This document shows, piece by piece, positions 14,476-27,399 of a stretch of 64,000 nt of DNA. Positions within the stretch are counted from its first letter, which is position 1. Each line of letters starts with the position of its first letter. The translations under genes were made by a program, and so were the position numbers. Source of the DNA: Octopus vulgaris. Lineage: Eukaryota. The notes below the pieces were generated by a model. It saw only the letters and a list, made by a program, of their open reading frames with translations, did not search any database and was not told the DNA's origin. The stretch lies in contig OX597825.1 in the NCBI GenBank assembly GCA_951406725.2, forward strand, positions 54,436,001-54,500,000, written 5' to 3'.

Positions 14476-14521
<46 letters not shown>

Positions 14522-14543
14522 CAAAGAGAGAGAGAAGGGGGAG

Positions 14544-14616
<73 letters not shown>

Positions 14617-14655
14617 TGTAAACATTATTAGTCGCACATACACATATACGTGCTT

Positions 14656-14754
14656 TGTTAAATAGGTGAAAAAAAGACCATCGACATTTATGCAGGCGCT
14701 CCCAGGGAGGAGACTGAAGATGTTTATAATGCAAGGCATATATATCTCTGCGAA
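14656..14754 (+). repeat. ~97-bp dispersed duplication, copy 2
   Basis: See 12418-12515. Confidence 0.9.
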
Positions 14755-14843
14755 TGTTCTCCGAGGTAGCAATTCAGCAGTCTCCCTAAATACTATCCCA
14801 CAGTAAATTCGGCGAATAAACCAAACTGCCTCAGGGTATTAAT

Positions 14844-15052
<209 letters not shown>

Positions 15053-15236
15053 GGCGCAGGAGTGGGTGTGTGGCAAGTACCTTGCTTACCAACAACGGGT
15101 TGGTTTCGGGTTCAATCCCACTGCGTGGCAGCTTGGGTAACTATCTTCTACTATACCCTCGAGCCAACCAAAGCCTTGTGAGTGGATTTGGTAGACGGAA
15201 ACTGAAAGAAGCCCGTCGTATATATGTGTGTGTGTG

Positions 15237-15268
<32 letters not shown>

Positions 15269-15462
15269 TGTATGTATATGTGTGTAATGGCTTGTGTATC
15301 TGCATTTGTCTTCCCACGATCACTTAACAACCGATGTTGGTGTGTTTACACCCCTATAACTTAGCAGTTAGACTTACAAAAAAAATTATGGGGTTGATTT
15401 GTTCGGGTAAAGGCAGTACTCCAGCATGACCACAGTCGAATGACTGACACAAATAAAAGAAT
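15053..15462 (+). mobile_element. SINE family A, full length with a 3' internal deletion
   Basis: GGCGCAGGAGTGGGTGTGTGG (A-box-like), GGGTTCAATCCC (B-box-like), tail GACTGACACAAATAAAAGAATA; inserted in (TA)n. Confidence 0.93.
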
Positions 15463-15551
<89 letters not shown>

Positions 15552-15553
<2 letters not shown>

Positions 15554-15960
15554 CGCAGGAGTGGCTGTGTGGTAAGTAGCTTACTTACCAACCACATGGT
15601 TCCGGGTTCAGTCCCACTGAGTGGCACTTTGCGCAAGTGTCTTCTACTATAGCCTCGGGCCGACAAAAGCCTTGTGAGTGGATTTGGTAGAGGGAAACTG
15701 AAAGAAGCCCGTCGTATATATGTATATATGTATATATGTGTGCGTGTATGTTTATGTGTCTGTGTTTGTCCCCCTAGCATTGCTTGACAACCGATGCTGG
15801 TGTGTTTATGTCACCGTAACTTAGTGGTTCGGCAAAAGAGACCGATAGATTAAGTACTGGGCTTACAAAGAATAAGTCCCGGGGTCGAGTTCCTCGACTA
15901 AAGGCGGTGCTCCAGCATGGCCGCAGTCAACTGATTAAAACAACTAAAAGAGTAAAAGAG
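15552..15960 (+). mobile_element. SINE family A, full length, young
   Basis: Nearly identical to 53680-54094; (TAAAAGAG)n tail; (TA)n on both sides. Confidence 0.95.
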
Positions 15961-15975
15961 TATATATATAATTAT

Positions 15976-16127
<152 letters not shown>

Positions 16128-16399
16128 CTTTCTACTGGGGAACGGCATTTCTTTCAAACGTATACTAAACACGATGATGTTCCTATTTCATTTCTGTTAT
16201 TAAGGACTTTTTGTCTATTTTCGTTATATACCGTATATTTGTTTCCCATAATAAAGTTCCTGAATGACGTTATGTGTGGGGTGATGGCGGGGTAGGTGGA
16301 TATGCATGTATATGCATGAGTTTATATTCACATGTATATAACATGTTTGCGTTTCGGTAAATGTAGAACACGCGGGGTTACACCACTTTACAATGATTG

Positions 16400-16440
16400 G
16401 ATTTGAAGATGAGATACTGATTGTCTCGAAACAGGAGATT
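16400..16440 (+). ncRNA. Hammerhead-like remnant
   Basis: TTGAAGA-T-GAGATA-CTGAT-TGTCTC-GAAA-CAG; 6-bp stem II (one G.U), C3 replaced by T, stem III broken. Confidence 0.4.
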
Positions 16441-16672
16441 AATGGATTGTAAGTTAAAAATAATGAATAGAAACATAAGACTAATGAGATGAAACATACG
16501 GCTAATGAATAAACTGATATATATATATATATGCATTGATACCTACATGCATTCATACAAACACGTGCACATATATACGCATATATATACATATAATATA
16601 TATATATATACATATATATATATACATATATACATACACATATATATATATACATATGCATATATATACATC

Positions 16673-16706
<34 letters not shown>

Positions 16707-16792
16707 AATATATATACATATATATATATATATGCATATATATAGCTATATAAATATATATACATATATAGCTATATAGCTATATGTATCCA

Positions 16793-16847
<55 letters not shown>

Positions 16848-17544
16848 GTCTGTTTGTTTGTGTTTGTGTGTCTCTGTATGTGTGTGTGTGTGTTTGTTTG
16901 ATTGTGTGTGTGTGCGTGATTAACAATGATAATAGTTTTCCCAAATTTGACGACGAATTGTCGACAATTGTCGACAAATGTTAAAATACTTTAAACTAGA
17001 ATTTATCGACGCACAAAGTTCACGTGAACTTTAAAGGTTCTTTAAATTTAAAGGTTTTTGCACGTAATGAAATAAGTTTTTTTTCAAAGAATGAAGCCTG
17101 CATTTTTCTTTCTATTTCAAACCCTATCGTAAGAAGTTCTTGAGAATATATTTCCTCAATATTAAATTGTTGCGAAAGCTATGTATGAAAATGTAAAAAT
17201 GTGGCCTCTATTTTTTTGATACCTAGAATATCTACGTAACATGAGATAGTGTTTAGTTTTGGTCTTAGAACATTTTGTTTGATGGGTTTTCTTTAGTGTA
17301 GTTTTTCTGAGGTGTCATGACAGCCTACATGACAGTTTTGCGAGATGTCCAAGTTTCTTTTGAGTGTAAAGGTGGAAGTAGTCACAAAGCATACGTTGCT
17401 GTAATAAAAAATACTGCACATATATTTAGATGTATCGAAAATCTAAGAGATTTTGGACATCAAATTGACAGGAACTGATGATATTGGGTGGTAAACGTAT
17501 TAATCCTGCCTCTCACAAAAAGATGCAGAAAACCTTCTACGGTG

Positions 17545-17682
17545 CCCGTACAGTTATCATCTGCTAAATTCCATTTACAAGACTTAGGTCGACCTGATTT
17601 AATACTAGAAGTGCTGCGTTGTAGGACTGAACATTCAAAGACGAGCACACAAAACGAAGTTTCTTAACCATTTGGCTATGGT
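17545..17682 (-). mobile_element. Old SINE family A 5' fragment
   Basis: AAATTCCATTTACAAGACTTAGGTCGACC...GGACTGAAC...TTCTTAACCA is colinear with the reverse complement of family A. Confidence 0.55.
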
Positions 17683-18857
17683 AGAAGTAGAAAACGAAGA
17701 GATGTTGCTTTATATGATATTATGAGAAGAAAAGTGCAGCTATATCTTTATCGTTTGTATGTAGATACAAGGCACCATTGGTTCTGCAGGGACGGGTGTT
17801 AACCGACATCTCCAAAGTAACTACTTTATTAGTATTTAATGTTTTTTGACTCCCGATGAATAGAAAATAGATGTGACCTATGCAGTATTTGAACTCAGAA
17901 TGTAAAGTACAGGAATGATCGAAGCATTGAATACTAAACCGGTGTTTTCACCATTTTTCCAATTCACTACCATCGCCACTAATATTATTGATATAACTGC
18001 AGCTGGTTCACAGTATCAAGCTCTAAATTAGATTCCATTCAATAGATAATTAACTACTCAACAGCTTAATTAGCAATATACTCCCCATGTGATTTGCCAA
18101 ACTTCTATAAATAGCCCTCAAGTCTCACCCAACGCAGCCCTTACATTCTTAAACGCAAGTAGTGCACATGCCTTAGCTATATATATATACATATATAACT
18201 TTTGAATACCTCTACCACAGATGACACTGTTACAACCATCTTAGGATAATACCCACGCAAACGATAGATAAGAGCAGCCACTACTCATGAATTTCTTTAG
18301 AACAGTTCCTACCACTACTGCTACAACCACAATACGTCCCTTTTAGGTCACTTGATCACTAAAGTAGATTCCACGGACAGCTCTACTACTGGTTCCCACC
18401 ACTCACGTCTTTTCTATTCTTTCTTCTTCTTCCTGTTCTTTTTCTACTTATTCTTCTTATTTCCCTTCTCCTTCTCCTTCTTCACTTTCTCCTCCCTGGG
18501 CTGCTGCGGCAGCTTAAATGATCAAATTCCAAAGCCAAACATTTCTCTGCACACATAGATACGATTCCTTCAGATCTACTACTACCTACCGAGCCTTCAC
18601 AAAAGAAAAGAGAGAGATACAGAAACAAGGAAAATGTCTTACTTATTTGAAGTCTATGGAAGTATTTACAAAACATTCCATTTAGTATTTTCTTCAATTT
18701 AACTGTCTGTCTTATTTTGCTCTTCGTGGAAAACGTCGAAAAGACTGGAACCGGTACTAAACTTTACAAAATGTATTTCATGATAAAATTATTTTAGCAT
18801 TTTCAACCTTGTCTTATTTTCTATATATACACAAATGCATATATATATATATATATA

Positions 18858-19010
18858 AGGCAGAATTCACAAAAAAAAGACGAAGGCAGGTGGTGTAGAC
18901 AAAAAACAGATGTATTAGTTTAACGTTCGAGAAGTGAAAAAGTCTTTAACGTTTCGAGCCTACGCCCTTCCACAGAAAGGAACACAGAAAGAAACAAGGA
19001 GAGAATAAAA
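18858..19010 (-). mobile_element. Short hammerhead-bearing element in (TA)n (family H, copy 1)
   Basis: Colinear with 52791-52990 and 54140-54262; motif 18944-18979 reads CTTT-CTGTGGA-A-GGGC-GTAG-GCTC-GAAA-CG-TT-AAAG with stem I CUUU/AAAG. Confidence 0.8.
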
Positions 19011-19262
19011 TATATATATATATATATAATAGAGAAAAAAGAAAAAAGATGACGTGATCACGACTGAAATAACTTTGATCACATGTTGGGTCGGAAAATC
19101 CCTGGCGCTACAAACAACATACCTATGTATCTACATCTGTCTATAAATATATGGATATATATATATATGGGTAAGTGCATGTGTGTATGTGTCTGGGTGT
19201 ATGTGTGTATGTCTGCGGATGTATGAGTGTATGTGTGCGGGTGGTGTATGTGTGTATGTTGA

Positions 19263-19405
19263 TTGGTTTGTTTATTTGTTAATCATTCATTTGAAATGAT
19301 GTGTCAAACTTTAATCATCGTTATTATGAATATATATTATGTTAATTAGATAATTAACATTTGACACGTCATATGTAAGGAATGATTTACAAATAAATAA
19401 ACCAA
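19263..19405. repeat. ~143-bp imperfect fold-back (MITE-like hairpin)
   Basis: TTGGTTTGTTTATTTGTTAATCATTC...ATGATGTGTCAAA pairs with TTTGACACGTCAT...GAATGATTTACAAATAAATAAACCAA. Confidence 0.85.
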
Positions 19406-19494
19406 AGAATTACCAGGGGCTGTAAACAACAAGAGAAACCATGGCGGAAACTCATTTTGCAAATATTAGTGGATAAAAGAAAGCACAAAATATA

Positions 19495-19690
19495 CGAGAG
19501 AGATCTGAAAAGTTCCTGGCTTTAAGGATATCGCTAAAGGGCTGGTTGGAGGCCAGAACTCCCGAATCATTTTAGAAAACCTGAAGGACCGCTGCAATTA
19601 CTGTGTGTATCTGAGAGGGGATAATCATGATTAACTGATCCTCCTGTATTTTCTTTAACCCGAATCCGGGAACTTTCTAGCACCCCACTG
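19495..19690 (+). mobile_element. Tc1/mariner-type MITE, copy 1
   Basis: TA|CGAGAGAGATCTGAAAAGTTCCTGG ... CCGGGAACTTTCTAGCACCCCACTG|TA imperfect TIRs with TA flanks; second copy inverted at 52501. Confidence 0.78.
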
Positions 19691-20574
19691 TATAGTGGCT
19701 AAAATAATTTGTTTTTGAATCGAAACTACGTTTGCACATGTTTTTCCGACACTGCATCACTCCCGGTTCATTAGTGCTTGCTTCAATTAAACCAACGCAG
19801 ATATACATTTGTGTCATTTAAATTATCAATATAAGGATGCATTGCACCGTCGAGGAACATTCAACTGTTCGAAAGACTGAATGCTTACTCCTGAAATTAA
19901 CTTTAATGGGACCAAGTATTCCAACAAAATGTTGTATGTTTAAGGGAATTATCAGCTTGTATCAACATGATCGAATCTAGAATAGATGGAAGTTTGAGTT
20001 ATAGATACAAATCGGAAAGAGAGGGGGACAAAACTTAAAGGAAGACAAAGAAAGAATGCGATTTGTGGTAGATATACTATAAATAAATTTGTAACATCAG
20101 ATAATGAATTTATGAACAAACTATCCAGTTTTGCTACATGTATGTGTATATGTGTATGTATAAGTGTGTCTGTAAGTGTTCTTGTGAGAGTTTGTGTGTA
20201 CATTGTGAGTCTTGTTTAGATAAGTATTGATATTTTAAATATAATATATACTAGACAAAATTGTGAAGAACTCATTTTTCTTTTCATTCTCTCTCCCTTG
20301 AATTTCTTTTCTCCAAAATAACCCTTCATATGGTAACTTAGGTCTGCTTTACGACGTAAGTGCGTAGAATATTCAAATAAAATATATGTCTATCTCCATT
20401 GTTTTCTTTGTTTTCATCTCAATGAAGTTTCAAGAGTTACCTGAAACCTACGTTCTGAAGCATCTCGACTGTTGTAAACAATATCGAACACACATACTCT
20501 ATGTATGTGCTTTGCTAGTTCGCCGGTCGGCCACGATTCGACACAGATTCGACTCTCTCAAATCACCATGTGCT

Positions 20575-20624
20575 AAAACACCTGAAGGTCAGTCAAAATG
20601 ACGAAACATCGATGTCCGTCGTTT
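20575..20624 (+). ncRNA. Hammerhead-ribozyme-like motif with GUC site in apparently unique sequence
   Basis: AAAACAC-CTGAAG(GTC)A-GTCA-AAA-TGAC-GAAA-CATCGATG-TC-CGTCGTTT; perfect stem II, palindromic ACATCGATGT stem III, 3-nt core insertion. Confidence 0.55.
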
Positions 20625-21799
20625 CTGAAAGTTAGGTAAGGTGAGTTGTTTCGCCTGTCCATGAGTGGTTGCGTGCAATACTTGAAATACATGTCTAATC
20701 ACCCATTCATTACATCCAGTCTTCTTAAGTAAAGACGTGATGTTCAAATGTGACATGTTTGATTATAGGTATATTGATTCCGGGCTGATCAAGGGTTGAA
20801 CAATAACTTATAGTTTGATAGACTTAGTGAAAATACAAGGGAAAGCTATTCATAAAGTACGCCACATTAATTTTGGTTAGCTGTATTTTTGTTTCATCCT
20901 CAAATTATAATCGATGTTCCTTTCGTTTTCGGTAAAAAGGTAAATGCAATGTTGTGATATTTTCATGTGTGAGACATTACTATCATTCATACAAGGGAAG
21001 TGAGGTAACTGATACTAAATTAATGTTTTTTATTATGATTTTATTATTTGTTGGGTTGTTTTTGCGTTAGAGGCCATTGTGCTCTTACTGTAAGAATCAA
21101 TACCGAGTTAAATTAGTTGATTAATGATTTTGTAAATCATTCATATCCCTTTCCACGTAAATCACTTGATAAAACGCTGCAAACTTGCAGGTGAGTAATA
21201 TACACAGGGTGTTAAGTTACATTTACACTAGGAAGATTCGAACTTGCATAGCAGAGAGTATACAAATTAAATACGTGTCAAGTTCCTTAGTAACTTACCA
21301 CGTTTGTTTCAGTACGTCTAGATATCAAAGAGTGAAAACCATTTTTATATGAAGTCTGATTTGCTTATAAACAAACAACGTAAAAAATAATTTTTTAAAG
21401 TGTTTCTCACAGCAATCTTATTATTTTTATTCCTATATTAATATTTAAAACACTTATATGGCGTCTTGTTCCAAATTTACTTCGAAAAATATTGAAAAAA
21501 TCATAAACTCTATGATTTTTTTCTTCATTCACAATTTTTCATTTCTTTAGTTCTTGGTTTTTAATACATTTCTGTTATTCTTTCATTTTTCTTTCTCTTT
21601 TTTGCGTTTTCGCATATGCAAGAATGTGTTTGTGTGTGTATATGTGTATAGATGTAATTATCAGTTAAATTTTCGAAAACCAAAGAGTTCTTTATTCTTA
21701 TTATCTCATAATTCTCTTTTCTGTTTTTCGTTTATTTTTCTTTTAGAAACTCTCAGGTGATAGCATGAAATATTCTATACCACCCTCACCTTTATTATC

Positions 21800-21841
21800 A
21801 ATCATCATTGCCATTTCCATCATCACCACCAACATCACCAC

Positions 21842-21898
<57 letters not shown>

Positions 21899-22008
21899 TA
21901 TCATCATCGTTGTCGTCATCATCATCATCAGTAGCAGCACTAGTAGTAGCATCCATCAGCTTCGACTTCATCTTCATTATTCTCCTCCTCATCTTCATCA
22001 TCATCATG

Positions 22009-22055
<47 letters not shown>

Positions 22056-22301
22056 TATCATCACTATCCTCATCATCTTCATCGTCGTGGTAATCATCAT
22101 CATCATTGCCAGCATCATCATTGTCATCATCGTCACAACATATAGTCGACGTTATCCTCATCATCAACGTCGTCATCACCGTCAGCATACTCAGCATAAT
22201 CATCAACATCGTCATCATCATCATCTTCATACCCGCCGTTATCACGATGATAATCATCACTGTCACAACCACCAGCAGTTCTATCATCCTCACAATCGTC
22301 G

Positions 22302-22367
<66 letters not shown>

Positions 22368-22458
22368 ATATCTTCATCATCATTGTTAACCTCATCCGAT
22401 TTTCTATTATGTCCCATGCAGATTGTAATGTCTTTGTAACATCCTCAAATCTTGACAA

Positions 22459-22534
<76 letters not shown>

Positions 22535-22790
22535 CATTATTATCATTGTTATTATTAGCATCATCATTATTACTATTAACTTTATCATGTTCCCCCACCA
22601 TCAAGAGTAGCACCAACTTTATCATTATCATTACCATCATCATCATCATCATCACCATCAACACCATCATCATCATCATCACTATCATCCTCTTCCTCCT
22701 CATCCTCATCCTTATCATCATCGTCGTCGTCGTCGTCATCATCATCATCATCATCATTATTCCCATCACCGATACCATCATCAAAACAAG
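21800..22790. repeat. ~1-kb degenerate (ATC)n/(ATT)n trinucleotide block
   Basis: Directly visible; source of the poly-H/I/S/D/M ORFs. Confidence 0.97.
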
Positions 22791-23808
22791 TTCTTCATTC
22801 TCATTATACTGTTGCTTTCGACTTTATGGAATACATTTTTAAAATTCTACGACTTACGGCAAATCTCTAAATGAAACGAAGCAGGAAGATACCAAACAAA
22901 CACATTATTTCCTCTGCTATCAGCCAGCTTCGTTGAAAATTCAATCTACTGGAACCATTTTCGTGCGAAAATTGGCCTTGTGCCTCCTCATAAAGAAATT
23001 ATTATTAAAATAATCAAATTAATGTTTTCATTGTTGCTGTTCTTTTCCTTCTTGTTGAAGTTATTCATGTTGTGGAAGATGTTGTTGTTCTTGTTGTTGT
23101 TGTTCTTGTTATTGTTCTTGTTGTTGGTGGTGGTGGGTTTCTGACTCTCCTGTTGCTACTGTCGTTATAATGATGTGCCGTTAATGTAAAAAAATATTAT
23201 GAAAATATATTTGTAACCGAAACAATAGACGTTTTTTTAATTTTATGAATTTTTAAAAAGAGTGAATGCGCATGTAAGTGTGAGAGAGATTGCGAAAAAA
23301 TAGATATAAAAACCGTGTGAGCGAAAGACAGAGGAGAGGAGAGTGAACTAGAAAAATACTCCATATCCGGGAATGATGTGTAGTTTGAATGAAAAGATAC
23401 ACCGGATAAAACCGGATCTTATCCTATCAATATAACAACAGTGATTGGAATGAAATGCTGGCTGTTTTTCAGGGAAACAATTGTAATCTAATATAACGCA
23501 TTATTTTAACAATTATTTTAGAGAGAGACGGAAGTGCCTTAAAAAGAACGGCCTTCGTTATGAAGGAGGAGTATTTGGGTGACATTTACTACTTTTTTTT
23601 TCGTGAAATCTTATCGTGAATAACAACATTTTATCAATTCACATTCAATGTTTTCCTTTAGATTTGCAATGTTCACAATGAACTTCGATCAAATTTGATA
23701 TAGCTTTTTCTTCATACATCAACCACGCTTATTATTATTAATGATAATGTTATTATTATTATTTTCATAATTGTTATTGCTACTGCTATCAAAGTATGAT
23801 ATTGATTA

Positions 23809-23942
<134 letters not shown>

Positions 23943-24157
23943 TTGTGACGTCACAAAATATTTCATCTCACGCTGCTCTGCGATCACTATGACATCTAAT
24001 GTATGAATCAGTGTACACCTCTTCAGGCAACGTTGATCTGATGAAGGGAGTGAACTAACGTGCAGCACATACGTTTGATTATTGTAAGCAAATCATCAGT
24101 GCAGGTCGTTCGGCAAAAGCTGAACACTCATACGTCATCTTCGATAGAAGAGTCCGT
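23943..24157 (+). mobile_element. 5'-truncated SINE with CORE-like segment and a distinct tail
   Basis: AAAATATTTCATCTCACGCTGCTCT resembles the TTTCATTTCACGT.G.TC segment of 29335-29572 (-) and 38029-38190 (+). Confidence 0.5.
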
Positions 24158-24170
24158 TATCGTTATTATT

Positions 24171-24316
24171 GAGAAAACAGCGCATGCCATCAAAGTGACA
24201 CTGAGGTGCAAAAATACGAAGCTCCATATACCCATCATGACTACCCGTCTCATAAGGGTAAAGCAGACACACGTATCACAACCATATGCGCGCGACATGC
24301 TGATATCATGTCAAGA
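24171..24316 (-). mobile_element. Family C element, truncated
   Basis: CATGCCATCAAAGTGACACTG...CATGACTACCCGTCTCATAAGGGTA matches 24445 onward; ATT flanks. Confidence 0.9.
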
Positions 24317-24354
24317 TTATTATTAATGTCGTTGTTATTTTGACTATTATCATT

Positions 24355-24444
<90 letters not shown>

Positions 24445-25000
24445 GAGTAAGAGAGCAGTGCATGCCATCAAAGTGGCACCGTGGTAAAATATACGAAGCC
24501 CAGTATACCCACTATGACTACCCGTCTCGTAAGGTTACACCAGGCACATGAATCACAGCCATATGTACGCAACATGGTGATCTAATATCAAGATAAACAG
24601 CGCATGAACTTGCAGGTGGGACCCAGTTAGAATTTTTTCATTCGGGTCGAGTAGCCCACCCTGCTCAAAAGTTCTTTGAATAAGGTCGTTTAAGAATGTT
24701 GAACAAAACACCCATATTTCCTGAGGTGAATTATTCTCACTCCAAAGAATTCCTTTCAATGCATGGCTATTTAGCTCCCCCACTATTTCTGCTCGGGATC
24801 AAAGAAACACATATCGTCAGCCACCAAGGGACATGCTCAACTGGTTAAGGTAAAAATTCTGACAATCGAAATTTTGGTATTGAGCAGAATATTTGGTGTA
24901 GCCCATCTTTTCATACCAAGACAAAACATGTACATGATAAAACCTCCAGTCAGCTAAGATCAGAAGCCATGGGAGTCAGTTCTTGGTACTGCATAAGGGC
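24445..25000 (-). mobile_element. Family C element, full length (~556 bp)
   Basis: Starts after (ATT)n; colinear with 7393-7930 and 25009-25458. Confidence 0.92.
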
Positions 25001-25008
25001 TCTTTATT

Positions 25009-25458
25009 GAGTGAGAGAGTAATGTATACTATTAAATTGAGGCTGAGATAGAAAATATACGAAGACCAGCATACCGATCATGACTACCTGACTCATAAGG
25101 GTACACCAGACACTTACATCGTAACCATATGTGCGGAATATGGTGATCTAATATTAAGGTAAACAGTCGTGACCTTGCAGGTGGGGCCCAGTTGGAATTT
25201 GCTTCATGTCGAGTAGCTTATCCTGCTCAAAAGATCCTTTTTTAACCGTGGTAAATGAAGCATCAATGTTTCCAGGAGTGAATTATTCAAACCCCAAAGA
25301 ATTCCTCTAGACACATGGCTATGATACTCCCTCATTACTTCTGCTAGTGATCAGAGATGGCCTACATATTGTCAGCTACTAAGGGACATATTGAACTGGT
25401 TAAGATCAAGCAACGTACAAGCAAATCTGTGGTATTGAGCAGAATATTTGCTTAGCGC
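25009..25458 (-). mobile_element. Family C element, tandem copy, truncated
   Basis: Follows the previous copy after TCTTTATT; same sequence order, more diverged. Confidence 0.9.
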
Positions 25459-25469
25459 CATTTCATCGT

Positions 25470-25785
25470 TCAAAATACAAATTTTTATTACGTTCTGAAT
25501 ACAAATTCAGTCGATAAAATTACATCAGTTGAGCACTAGAGTCTATGTAATTCCCCACTGCTCAAAATTACTGGCCTTTTGCCAAAGTAAGATAAGATTA
25601 TTTTTGTTGTGCGGTGAGCTGGTAGAATCGTTAGCATACCAATTCTAATTCTGAGATCGTCTTTGCCTTTCATCCTTTCAGGGTCGATAAAATAAGTACC
25701 AGTCAAGTATTGGGCCATCGTAATCGACCTGCTTTCTCCCACAAAACTTCAGACCCTGTGCCTATAGTAGAAAGGATTGATAATA
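25470..25785 (+). mobile_element. Two partial SINE family B copies
   Basis: GCGGTGAGCTGGTAGAATCGTTAGCA and GCCTTTCATCCTTTCAGGGTCGATAAAATAAGTACCAG. Confidence 0.8.
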
Positions 25786-26008
25786 ATAGTTTTTGTTGTG
25801 TTAGTTGTTTTAGGATAAATTCAACAACAGCAATGTGTGAGTTACAGAGAGGGTTGTCTATGGAGTCATATTTTGTAGCGAAAAGAAATAACAGTCTTTT
25901 GGCTGCTATTTCTAATTTTTTCGGTATGTGGTTAAGCAACGTGTTGCTAAACCCATAATTATTGTTATAATATATATATATATGTATGTATATGTATGTA
26001 TGTTTGTA

Positions 26009-26313
26009 CGTCACCGTCACCGACCAGGCTATCAGATGTTGCTACACATCGCTGGTCACAATGCGCTTAGCATTGTTTTAGCCTTCAAATGACGCCACCC
26101 TGCTGGCTAAGCGAGCAAGCCGACAGAAGAATGAGTGAGAGAAAGTTGTGGCGAAAGAGTACAGCAGGGATCGCCACCACCCCCCTGCCGGAGCCTCGTG
26201 GAGCTTTAGGTGTTTTCGCTCAATAAACACTCACAACGCCCGGTCTGGGAATCGAAACCGCGATCCTACGACCGCGAGTCCGCTGCCGTAACCACTGTGC
26301 CATTGCGATTCCA
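26009..26313 (-). mobile_element. tRNA-headed SINE family E (Arg-like head), young-looking
   Basis: Minus strand TGGAATCGCAATGGCACAGTGGTTACGG (A box) ... GGTTTCGATTCCC (B box); CpG-rich body; (GGTGAC)n tail; inserted in (TATG)n. Confidence 0.85.
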
Positions 26314-26769
26314 TATGTTTGTACGTATGTATGTATATATGTATTCATGCATACATGCGATATATATATATATTTATCCTTCTCTGTATAAACGGAATTT
26401 GAGCGTATATATGTTTGTAAGTATGAACGTGTAGCAAAATCTGCTCTAAACCAACGTATTAATTGTTGCTAGACTTGCATCATTATACTGTCTGCATATA
26501 TACCTGCCGTGCTATAGCTAGCTGCCATTGCGTGTACTGACACCTCGTAAATGCTTCTTATATTTCCATTTTCAATAGAAGGAACAATTCCATTGTGTGT
26601 GATATCTGCTACAAGAACTACTGACACCTGCTAATTAACTCTTCTACTCTATTCACAAACTTCAATAGAACTGTCATATTTTTAAACTACCAGACGGGTA
26701 CTGAAGCTACTATCAACCTTTAAAATGAAACTTCTTGTAATGGATTCAGTGGCATTCATGCTTTTGCAT

Positions 26770-26990
26770 CAATACACTTGTTCTCATACATCTGTCGAAA
26801 TATACTATATTTGTTTCAAATTATTTTGAAAATACAAAGAGTTTATTAAAATAGCTTTTAAGCTGAGTTTCGAATATAAATTTCGACGAAATTTTACTAG
26901 AAGGTTTTAATCTTCGTTTCAGCATAACAGAGAATTTGTGTCAGAGAACTTGGGGTTATCTCAGGCAGGATAGTATTAAAGTGACTAACA
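26770..26990. mobile_element. Possible old non-autonomous DNA element (piggyBac-like MITE)
   Basis: Resembles from memory a common octopus TTAA-flanked repeat; TIRs too decayed to verify here. Confidence 0.3.
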
Positions 26991-27399
26991 CAGGAAATGT
27001 TTTCTTGTATTAAGCTATGTTTCTTTGTTATGATTTATGTTCACCGAATGTCCGATTTTGCAGTTATCCTTCCAGTAGGAATAAAAGAACGGATAGTTAA
27101 GAATATGAGTTGATGCATTATTTTCTATCTTCAAAATATGTATGGTCTTTGGTTGTAGGTAAAACAATATTTCACCTTATTAACAATGTATATCGGATAT
27201 CACAATCGATAGAACACCAGAGAAAATTACTCTACAAATCATTTTCAATGGTGAGGAGGTTAGATCAAAACTTCGACATTATCATTTAGGACTTATTAAC
27301 CAGAAATCTTATAACTTTCGATGTTAAAGGCTTTTGGGACAAAAGGAGTAGCGACGTGGCAGATCCGACCAACCAATTAATTTGTAATAAAGGCTCTAG

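Noticed and set aside
21765-22842. Poly-His/Ser/Asp ORFs resembling metal-binding or biomineral proteins
   Set aside because: Open in several frames on both strands because of (ATC)n; no splice or composition evidence.
23265-23345. TGCGCATG plus TATAAAA as a core promoter; also GCGCATGCGC at 36763-36772
   Set aside because: Short motifs with no downstream gene evidence; the second may derive from an alternating purine-pyrimidine tract.
26240-26313. Possible tRNA-Arg gene on the minus strand
   Set aside because: A and B boxes are present but no full cloverleaf or acceptor stem, and it continues into a SINE body and tail.
26375-26530. Helitron/DINE-like start (TCCTTCTCTGTATAAACGG...)
   Set aside because: Resemblance from memory only; no verifiable 3' hairpin and CTRR end.
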